From the human T2T-CHM13v2.0 reference genome, Homo sapiens: a stretch of 64,000 nt of DNA. A program made the position numbers and the translations under genes. This document shows, in pieces, positions 53,643 to 64,000 of the stretch. Positions within the stretch are counted from its first letter, which is position 1. Every line of letters begins with the position of its first letter. The stretch is taken from assembly GCF_009914755.1 (NCBI RefSeq), contig NC_060940.1; one strand, 5' to 3'. Below the pieces are notes generated by a model. The model saw only the letters and a list, made by a program, of their open reading frames with translations. It did no database searches and was not told where the DNA came from.

Positions 53643-55514
53643 ACTTCTTCATACTGAATGAAGTGAAAATAGTTCTACAAATATACTTCAGCAAATGTTA
53701 CTATGGAGAATTAAAAGCAATAATACAGGTAATAAAGTTCTGGGTAGCCCATTTAAAATTTTTTTTTCCAGTTCTAATGTTTCTCAAAAACAAAAACAAA
53801 TTAACAAAATTAACAAGGTGCAACATTTCTTTTATAAGTTCATAAATACAAACTCATTCTTAGTGATTTCTACAGAACCTGGCATATAGAAAAGACACAA
53901 ATGTGAACTCAGTACACATTCATCTTAAGAAAATATTAAAGACAGAAAACAATTAGCATTTGGTCCTATAAATGCTTATTTCCATATAAAACCAGGTCTT
54001 GAATCTTAACCAATCTTTAATAACTTTGCATGAAAATATTGGCAGATTTTGTTAAAATTATTCACTTAATGAATAGAACTATCCATCCCTATTCAAATAT
54101 AGGGAACAACATCTTTCTCTGGAATTGTTTACAGCTGATTACATAGAATATCTGCACTCCGCAGCTTTCCCAAAAATAATCAATCAAGGCTATGTTAAAC
54201 CACAATAATTCTTTTTCTTGCCCCTTCTAGATACTTAAATGGAAGAAGAGGACGTGATAAAGTTTCTTATGCTTATCACGTAACAATTCCCTTTAGAACC
54301 ATTTTTTGTTGTTGTTGTTCTACTCAGTGTTTTATACAAAAGAAGAGGAACTTTAAAATAGTGCAGCCATTGTTTTCAACTCAATTAACATTTCATGAAT
54401 AAATGGCCTTCCTCCCTCATTTTCCACTTGGCCAGACACACCCTATTTCCAAGTAGCACCTATACTCTCACTTTCAAGTGTTTTTATCTCAAGAAGCTAG
54501 CCTCTCATTGAGGCTTCTTATTTTTAAATACTTTGTCACTGAATTCAGTATTCAGACAAATATTTTGCAACACTGAGTAGACTTTGGAATAACCTGGGGA
54601 GGTTAAAGAAAACAACAACTGGGTCTCAAACCAGAGCAAATACATTACAATCTGTCTAGGTGAGATTTGGGCATAATAACTTTTTCCTAAGGGTGATTTA
54701 ACATAAAGTCAAGTTTTTGAATCAGTGCTTTATTAAGCCGTTGATGAGGTATCCTTTGAATTCCCTAAGTAATTGGAATATTTGACTTGTTTGGATATTT
54801 CTTTACTTGTAAACGCTAAAAAATGTTTTAGAGGCAGTATTGATGAAGAAATAATGTAAAAAATGAGGTAGTGAATTTTATTTGTATATTATACAAAAAT
54901 ACTCTGGAGAGAGCCTACAAGAGGAAACCAATAGGCTTTTTCCTCTCTAAAATTTTGTTATGAAAATCATCAAACATACAGAAATAGTGAAAGACTGGCA
55001 AGTAAACATTCATAGTCAATTGATTAAATTCAACAATAGTTAATATTTTGTTATATTTGTTCCTTCCTTTCTTTGTTTCTTTTTACAAAATAGTCATTTA
55101 GGTATCTAGGTTTATGGAAAACAGCCTTATACTAGGAAAGAATGTGTAGCCTTATAAGTATTTATTCTTTGAAGGGGACAGTGTGGATTCAGATTATTAT
55201 TTTGTAATCTACATATATTTAAATATATATAAATTAAACACACATATGCTCATTTATCTATATTTGTACCTTCTTGGGTATTTAGATAATAAGTCACAAT
55301 TTATATGCATATCTAAGATGATATATAGAAATCAATGTTAACATCTCATAGGGAATTATTATTTAGAGAGGTCTGAACCAAGGAATTATGTTTACAGTAT
55401 CAGCTCTGACTTTAACAACAGCCAAAATATACAGTATTATTTTATAGATGAAGAAATTGAGGAGTTGTGCAATTTGTAGTCATTTGAGTTCTGCTTTGTA
55501 GACATCCGCTACAT

Positions 55515-55609
55515 TAGTGGTTCTGAAATTTTAGCCCGTATCAGCATCAACTGAAGAACACGTGTAGATGTGCAGATGTAGTAGCAGTTTTCCAGAGAAG
55601 CAGAACTAT

Positions 55610-55656
<47 letters not shown>

Positions 55657-56252
55657 AGAGACAGAGAGAGAGAGAGAATAAGAAATTGACTCACATGATT
55701 ATGGAAGCTGAGAACTCCTCAGTCTGCCATCTGCAAACAGGAGACCCAGAAAGCCAGTGGTGTGGCCCAGTTTGAGTCTGAACACCTGAATATCAAGAGA
55801 GCCAATGGTGTGAGTCTCAGTCTAAGGGCAGGAGAAAAGTGATGTTTCAGCTGAAAGCAGTTATGCAGAAAAAGGGGTAAATCTTTCCTTCCTCCAAACT
55901 TTTGTTCTATTCAGCCCCTCATCAGGTTGGATGATACCCACCCTCATTGGGAAGAACAATGTGCTTTACTGAATTCACTGATTCGAATGCTGATCTCATC
56001 TGCAGAAACCCTCAAAGACACACCCTAGAATACTGCTCAGGCAAATGTCTGGGCAGCCCTTACCCAGTCAAGTGGACACATGAAATTAGCCGTCATAACA
56101 TGTTAAAGTGCCCACTGCTGGTCCTCACCCCCAGAGTTTTCTAAATCAATAGGTCTGGGGTGGAACCCAAGACTTATTTCAAGATTTATTTATATTTCTT
56201 ATACCTTATATACTGAAGCTGTTAGTCCAGGGTTCACACTTTGAGAACCACA
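55515..56252. mobile_element. MER5A-like hAT MITE split by an MLT2 LTR
   Basis: AGTGGTTCTGAAA... left end and CACACTTTGAGAACCAC right end. Confidence 0.7.
55563..56097 (-). mobile_element. MLT2 (MLT2B-like) LTR with an internal (GT)n(GA)n tract
   Basis: AAGAAATTGACTCACATGATTATGGAAGCTGAGAA...CCCAGTCAAGTGGACACATGAAATTAGCC, with TSD-like ACACG/ACATG. Confidence 0.85.
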
Positions 56253-56618
56253 TCACTGAACTTCAAGACTCAGCTCAGGAGTGATGTTTTCCCCCAAGAC
56301 CTTCTGTGTCCATCAATATTCTGTACCTTTTTTTCCCCTCACTGTTTGATTTGTTTGAAATGCCCTGCCTACATTTTTGCATCACCTTTTAAGAAATAGG
56401 TGATTATCGTAAAATATACTTTAACTATGAACAGCTCAATCCTTTCCCCAACAGACACACACACACACGCACACACCCATACCCACCCACACACACACCA
56501 AAATATGTTTCTAGCTCCTCAGGGAGCTTGACAGGAAAGAAATATACCGGATTACCCTGTCTAACCAAAGAGCCTAAACTCATACTTTTACCTGTTAAGT
56601 GTTCATTAAAAGTTTCTT

Positions 56619-57248
<630 letters not shown>

Positions 57249-58504
57249 TCATCTTTTACACACATATGGTTACTATAAAGGGAAATTAAAAATTATGTCT
57301 AGATAGTTTTTACCATGATTCTACATAGAGACAGGTTTGTAAAGAACATTCAGTGAATATTATGCTATACAGACAGAAAAAAAGCCTATAAGGACTAATT
57401 TTCAAATGTTTTCTGCTCCTTTAAAATATTGAAACAGGACATCATTCCCATACACACCTCAGACATATCCTCAGAAAGCTGTGGATCTTCAGAAAGCTGT
57501 ACGGGAGAAATAAAATGTATAAACTAGATTTTAAAATAAAATATGTGGAAAATACTAACATTGTGAACCACATGATCTGCTGATATCCCTTGAGGCTCAA
57601 AGTCCATTTATATCTGAAATAATAAAACTGGGAATAATATGCAAATAGTGTACTAATAACTCTGAATTCCAAATATAAGCTCTTCTATAAAATGAGATAA
57701 TACTGCCAATAACCTTGTAAGTTTATTGTAAGAGTTAAGAGAAATAGCACATCCAAAGTTCTTAGCAAACTCTCTCAGAGGCTGGGGCTGGGGTTGGGGC
57801 TGAAACACTCACACAAAATGTGTGACACTTATCATAACACTGAACGGGGGTCAAATTTTTGTGTGTTATGGAATCCCCCCTTGACAATGTCAGAGAGTAG
57901 AAACAAATTCCTCCTGTGTTTTGGAGTATTTTTTCTACTCCAAACTTAAATTTTGTGAGCCTATTGGTTTGGGTAGATAGGCCCGTTTATCATCATTGCA
58001 AATTGACACTATTAAGTACATAATTTTATCTCAGATCTACTGTGAGAGATCGAAGAATCAGGTTGGGTATATATTTTAAAAAGCTTACCTATGAAAGTTT
58101 AAAATGGATAGTACATTTTAACATTTCTATAAGTTGAAAGATGTAATATAATGTAATGTAAGCATCTGTGTACCAATGAAGGACAGGTAAACAATGGAAC
58201 CAGACAGGAAAATTCCGAAACAGGAGGGATTACAGCTTAATACCTCTTCCTCACCTCTGGGTACCATGTTATTATTTATTTTGGCTAATATATTATCCTT
58301 CTTTTTGAAGGAAAAGTAAGAACAGATTAATAAATGATGCACATATAACTAGATAACCTCCCTATCCCTTTTCCCAAAAAGGAAAAATTAAGTCAGATTA
58401 AAAGTTTCATATTTTATTAGATTAATGTGAAAATTTGGTATAAGACAGTAAAAAATTTGCTGTTTCCCTTTTCAAAACCAAACTTCCAGACCAGAGTAAA
58501 CACT

Positions 58505-58640
58505 GTTGTTTTTACTGTATTTTTCTACTCTGATTAAGCTAAGTAACCTTAAACAAGTGACTTAGCTTCTTGGAACCTCAATTTCTTTTATCTGCAAAAT
58601 GGAGATTACGATCCTCCCCTTCCTCCCATAGTAATTTCAA
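58505..58640 (+). mobile_element. MIR
   Basis: ACCTTAAACAAGTGACTTAGC...CCTCAATTTCTTTTATCTGCAAAATGGAGAT. Confidence 0.75.
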
Positions 58641-60191
58641 GGATAAAAGCAATTTTTGATGAAAGAGGTGTTACATATATGGATAGTAACATTCTAGACC
58701 TCAGAAATATTATGGTGTAAAACTATACTATTTTCAAATTTTCTTAATCTTTATGTCTCTGGGGGATCATATTCTTAATATTTGACACCAAGACTTCTAT
58801 TTCCTTTTGAAAAGAACTATAGAGATACCCTCTTCCATTTCATTCAAGTTAAAATATGGTTAATATTAGTAATGATTATAATCCATAGCATATGCGCCTG
58901 TTGCCATAAATAACATTTTGAAGGTAAGGGCAAGGATGAGACTGAAAGAACAGAGACATTATATGTTATAATGAAAAGAAGGCCATACTGGGCATCTGAA
59001 GTACCAGCTCACTGAGTCTAAGACACCTTATTTCCCCAAACCAGAGGTTCCTGCTATAATCCATTAGTCAAAAGCCATGCTGGTGACTATGATATGTGAA
59101 AAAGCAAAAGTGTTATGTTTGAGAACAAAAAAATCTTGTTCTTGGCTAAACTCTAGAATCTTATCATTTCCATTTCATTAATTAAATTTGGCACCTGCAA
59201 CTCTGTCAGCAATGTAAGATTGTACACAACGCCAAGTGTACCCACACATGGCCTTGAGAATTTCTGCAGCAACTTACTTCCCAATTTTAGATCCCATGTT
59301 GATGGATACTTCAGTGCCTTGTTTCAAGCTATTTTCTCATAGATGTATCCACCACAGCCGAAAGGAAGGAATGCTTGCCTCAAATTCTGAGAGCTTCATC
59401 CCAGCAGGGTGGGTATTAGCTGTCCTCCCAGCATTTCATTAAAGGAAGACGATAGTGCAGTTAGCTGTCCACCCAACTTTATTGTATAGGCCATTATTTC
59501 CTTAGTACCAAAATATCAGTATTGGGAAATGATTCAGCATAGAATTTCTATGTTCAAATTCTGATTCTGCCAGGTACTGTGTAAGCAATTCTCTTCATAT
59601 ATAAAATGGAAATATAATACCTCATGAAGTTGCTTGGAAGATTAAATAAGATAAACACAAACACACACAGTTCCTTGTACATATAATAATAATGATAGTA
59701 ATAATAATTGTTCATCTTATGAAATATTTTGTACTACTTTACTAGGATGTTATTAGGCTGTTGGCACTTTAGAATATCATCTTTATTAGGAAGACTTTCA
59801 AATTCCCTTTCAATGTAAGCTAATGCAGAAGTTTCTAGGGAAAAAATGAGTATTTATGAGAATTGTTTGCCAAAAATACCTCATAAAACAGTATACCACC
59901 TTAGTGTTTTTACAACATCTTTAGGTGGTAACTTATACAATTCCCATTTTATAGGTGAGGAAACAGATCCAATGAAGGTACTTAAGGCCATAAGACAACA
60001 GACAGAACTATGATAAAAATAACAACAGCAGCAGCATCAATAACAATAACAATAATGATAATCATAATCATAGCAACAACAACTAATATCTTCGGCAAGC
60101 TTACTAAGCTCCAGATCTCTTGCTGAAATACATAACACGTATTGTCTAATTGTCTCATTATTTTCCCAAAAGAACAAAAGTAATATTTAGA

Positions 60192-60371
60192 TCAGTGGCT
60201 CGCAACCCTGGCTATGCATGAGAATTAACATGAGCACATTCAAAAATATTGATACTCTGCACCCATCCCCAGAGATACTGGTTTAATTGGTCTTTGGTGG
60301 TGCACAGATAATGGTATCTATTTTAAAGCTCCCAGGTGATTCTAACTTGCAGCCAGAGTATAAGACTCTTG
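60192..60371. mobile_element. MER5A-like hAT MITE
   Basis: CAGTGGCTCGCAACCCTGGC...AAAGCTCCCAGGTGATTCTAA. Confidence 0.8.
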
Positions 60372-60931
60372 CTTGGAGAGTTCAAGTAGCCTGTTGAAAA
60401 TTACTCACATACACAGAGACTTCTCCCAACTTGCCACTGAAAAACTCTTACTCTTAAACTCTCTGTAATGCTAACTCCATATTCTTTCTTTTCACTGTGC
60501 CAGTTGCTGTCCCTTCTTTCCCCAGCACATATTGTCTTGGCTTGACTACAGACGTTGGCTTCACACTGAATTCTTTTAACACCTGTTTCCACTCACTTCC
60601 CTCCCCATTGGGCACAGAAAGAAGAGAATAATTCCGAGTTTCAGCAGAGTTATTAGCACCTCCTTGTCAGACCGTATCTCACATTTCCTTGCCTATAATA
60701 TGTCTCTGCTCCTCGACCACAGGGTGCTAGTCTAATACGGAAGCTGGCTGAGAAGAACACGAGGAGTCACAAAACATAAGTGCTAAGTGTTTACGGTGAT
60801 AGCTATTATTAAGCTGGCTTCTTCTGGAACTGCTACACTTCCCAGCCCACAGTATCAGATAACGCAGAGTTAAGGCTGGGGGTTTTCCCTAGCAGGATCA
60901 ATGAGACAATCTACTTCCGAGTTACCTGAAG

Positions 60932-61334
60932 ACAGGCACACAAAGATGAATATCACATGTTCTCACTCATATGCAGGAGCTAAAAGAGTTTATCTCACAG
61001 AGGTGGAAAGTACAATGAGAGTTACCAGAAGCTGGGAAGGGTGGGAGTTGGGAATGAAGACAGATTGGTTAATGGGTACAAAAAATACAGTTAGATACAA
61101 GGAATGAGTCCTGGTGTTCAATAGTGTATGATGACTATCATAAACAATATTGTACTGTGTATTTCAAAATACCTAAAAGAGAAGAAATGCTCTCAACACG
61201 AAGAAATGATAAATGTTTGGGGTGATGGATATTCTACATATGCTGATTTGATCACTGTATATTGTATGCATTTTTCAAAGTATCACAGGTACTCCCCCAT
61301 AAGTATGTACAATTATTATGTATCAATTAAAAAA
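60932..61334 (+). mobile_element. L1MA 3'-end fragment
   Basis: CATGTTCTCACTCATATG...GTACAATTATTATGTATCAATTAAAAAA. TSD GAGTTACCTGAAG (60919-60931) and GAATTGCCTGAAG (61335-61347). Confidence 0.87.
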
Positions 61335-61557
61335 GAATTGCCTGAAGGTGAGAATTGTTGAAAATGTAGATTTCTGGGATAAATCCAAGTCTTCAAACTT
61401 AAAATTCCTGACAGCACTATGTGTCAACAAAATTTGGAGATGATTCTGATAAAAATAAAAATTGATAAGCATCTCTTTCAACAGAGCCTACTTCTAACCC
61501 AGCATGAGAAATTAAAACTGTGAGATGACATAAATCAGAATTTCTCAACAGCAACCA

Positions 61558-62029
61558 CGAGGTAGGAGAGGGACAGGACTTACTTCCCAACCCCAACAGG
61601 ATGAAGTGAATAAACCAGCAGGAGCCAGCAGGTGGCGCAGAAAGCAACCTCTAGTTGCTCTCATTGCTCATTAGCATAAGACACACCCACCAGCGCCACG
61701 ACCAACGCCATGGCAAAGACCCGGAAGTTACCGCCTCTTTGTATGGCAAGAGCTCAGAAGTTACCACACATTTTCTAGAGATTTATGAATAATCTACCTC
61801 TTAATTTGCATGTAATTAAAAGTGGGACTAAATACAGCTAGACAGGAGTCCACAAGTGTTCACTCTGAGCACACTGCCTATGGGTCAGCCCTGCTCCGGA
61901 AGGAGCAGTACCAGTTCAATAAAAGCTTCTATCTTTTACTTCTGACTCAGTCTTGAATTCTTTCCTGATCAAATCCAAGAACCCCCCTCTGATAAACCCC
62001 AAAGTTGGGGGCTCACCTACCCTGCATCA
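61558..62029 (+). mobile_element. MER66-like ERV1 solo LTR
   Basis: CTCATTAGCATAAGACAC.CCCACCAGCGCCA, ACCCGGAAGTTACC, AATAAA, ending CCCTGCATCA. Confidence 0.7.
61624..61640 (+). promoter_or_regulatory. Candidate CTCF site
   Basis: GCCAGCAGGTGGCGCAG matches the CTCF core CCASYAGRKGGCRS. Binding is not shown. Confidence 0.55.
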
Positions 62030-62576
62030 ACACTACTGATATTTTGGACAGGACAATTTTTTGGCATGAGGGATGATAGCTATGCACATTGTAGGATTAT
62101 GGGCAATGTACCTGGCCACATTAGAGGTTAATAGCATCTCCCTAGTCATCACAATCAGAAATAGTGTGATGGGAAAGGCAAAACTGCCTCCTGTTGAGAA
62201 CAACTAACATAGATGAAAAGAGGGATTCATGATGTCCCTGAGCATTCAGGACCAGTTCTATTCCGTAATGATTCTTCCTAAGACCAATTTTTCACTTTCT
62301 TGCACATTCTGCACACAGATTATTACATTCATTGTTAATTATATTATGCAATTGATTGGATGTCCACTATATATGCCAGGAGCATGACTAGGTTATTAAT
62401 ACCTATTATCTCCTTTATCTCCCCTGCTCTTAAATGTAGTACACCGGTCTAACACTGCAGGTTGTAGTCCAGGACTGCCTAGGTTTCTCCAATACTTTAC
62501 AGCTACGCAATCTGGAGAATGGTTACTATGTCTCAGTTTCAACAACAACAACAACAAAATTGGGTAATAATAGTAT

Positions 62577-62942
62577 CGTATTAGTCTGTTTTCACACTTC
62601 TATAAGGAAATATCCAAGCCTGGGTATTTATAAAGGAAAGAAGTTTAATTGACTCACAATTCCACATGGCTGGGGAGGCTTCAGGAAACTAATAATCATG
62701 GTGGAAGGTGAAGGGGAAGCAAGGACTTTCTTCACATGGCGGCAGAATAGAGAAGAGAGAGCGAAGTGGGAAAAGCCCTTTCTAAAACCACCAGATCTCA
62801 TGAGACTTCACTCACTCTCGTGAGAACAGAATTGGGGAAACTGCTCCCATGATCCAATAACCTCCCACCAGGTTCCTCCCTTGACATGTGAGGATAACAA
62901 ATTAAGATAAAATTTGGTTGGGGACACAGCCAGACCATATCA
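62577..62942 (-). mobile_element. THE1 (THE1D/MSTA-like) solo LTR inserted in a MIR
   Basis: GTATTAGTCTGTTTTCACAC...GGGGACACAGCCAGACCATATCA. Perfect 5-bp TSD AGTAT at 62572-62576 and 62943-62947. Confidence 0.92.
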
Positions 62943-63029
62943 AGTATCTACCTCAGATGTGTAAATTACAAGTAAGGTGCTTATTACCGTGGCTAATACA
63001 TAAAAACAACTAATGTTTACTGAACTCTA

Positions 63030-63180
63030 ACGGTTATATTAATTCCATTTGACAGATGAAAGGACAGTTGTGCTTATGGATAAAGTAACTTGCCCCAGGT
63101 CATAGAGCTAAAAAGTCTCAGAGCTTGGATTCAAATACAGAACTATCTGATTTAAATGTCTCATTATTTTTCACAATACA
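63030..63180 (-). mobile_element. MIR
   Basis: CCATTTGACAGATGA...AAGTAACTTGCCCCAGGTCATAGAGCTA...GGATTCAAA. Confidence 0.8.
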
Positions 63181-64000
63181 ACAGTACATAAATTGCTAGA
63201 CAGCATGTTACTGCCCGTCTCCATGTCCTTTTTAAATTGTGTTTCTTTTGAATCCTCAACCCCTTATTCTTGGCAATAATGACTCCCTAGTTTGGTCCAG
63301 ACTAACAATGTTTGCATGATATTTTAAAACACTAAAAAATGCAGTACTTAACAAATTATCAGTAAATACATTAAGTTCTAATGGAATCTGCCATTTATTG
63401 GAATGAAATAATTTGACTAATTTGTTGTAGCAAGATGCTCTAGGAAAACTTCTAGAAAACTGGAGAAAAATTGGGTTCTAGTGTGGCTTGGACATTAACA
63501 ATCTGAGTCCCAGAGGTCTGGAGACAACCTGCCGAAGTTCTCTGTCTCTTGGCATTTCCGATTTCATGTTGTCTCAGTGAATTTTGACTCTTTTAAATGT
63601 ATCCTGTATGCAGTGTGTGCTCAACAAACATCTTTAGAAAGGATGAATAAATGACTTGATTACAAACCCATGATATTTTCCACAGCAGATCTTCAAAAGA
63701 TGACAATATTTGTTTTCTCATTCCAGCATGTTCGCACTCAAATATTTTGGCATCCAAGCATAAATCATTGAGAAAAAGACCCTTTTAATATTTTTGTACC
63801 ATAGTATCCAAATTCTAGTTAGAAAAGAATTTTCTCTTGTTTAAAACGACAAATTTCAAAGCACTTTATTTTTGCAGGGTTCATTTGGTTTCACTGTGGA
63901 ACAGAAAAATAGGACTCATTCCAGAAGATAAATAAATTTGGTGACTTTAAGGTTTGGAATTTATTGTTTTACCTCCTGGGGAAATACAGCAAACAACGAC

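Larger units (their letters stand above)
61536..62207. mobile_element. MER20-like hAT element split by an LTR
   Basis: CAGAATTTCTCAAC left end, then CACTACTGATATTTTGGACAGGACAATT...GTTGAGAACAACT right part. Confidence 0.7.

Overview
Primate, almost certainly human, non-coding euchromatic DNA that is AT-rich and dense in repeats. I see no supportable protein-coding exon: the ORF track is explained by decayed L1 ORF1/ORF2, Alu, LTR and simple-repeat frames. The window holds four large L1 relics, about ten Alu/FLAM copies, solo LTRs (MER4D-like, MER61-like, LTR7, MER66-like, THE1, MST, MLT1, MLT2), MIR/L2 and hAT MITEs. Five things stand out. (1) A TSD-flanked U6 snRNA-L1 chimeric retrocopy is nested in a MER4D-like LTR (22730-23427). 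(2) A 59-nt inverted copy of DNA from 2.1 kb away is patched into an Alu (32083-32141, from 34181-34241). (3) A tail-less internal L1 ORF2 fragment is captured in an MLT2 LTR with fold-back filler DNA (52016-52547). (4) Two AluY copies sit head-to-head at the same ~15-bp target and share non-consensus variants (56604-57243). (5) There are candidate regulatory elements. I found no evidence of a new gene system. The most novel-looking signal is a set of templated-insertion repair scars. Repeat subfamily names come from recalled consensus sequences and need RepeatMasker/Dfam confirmation.
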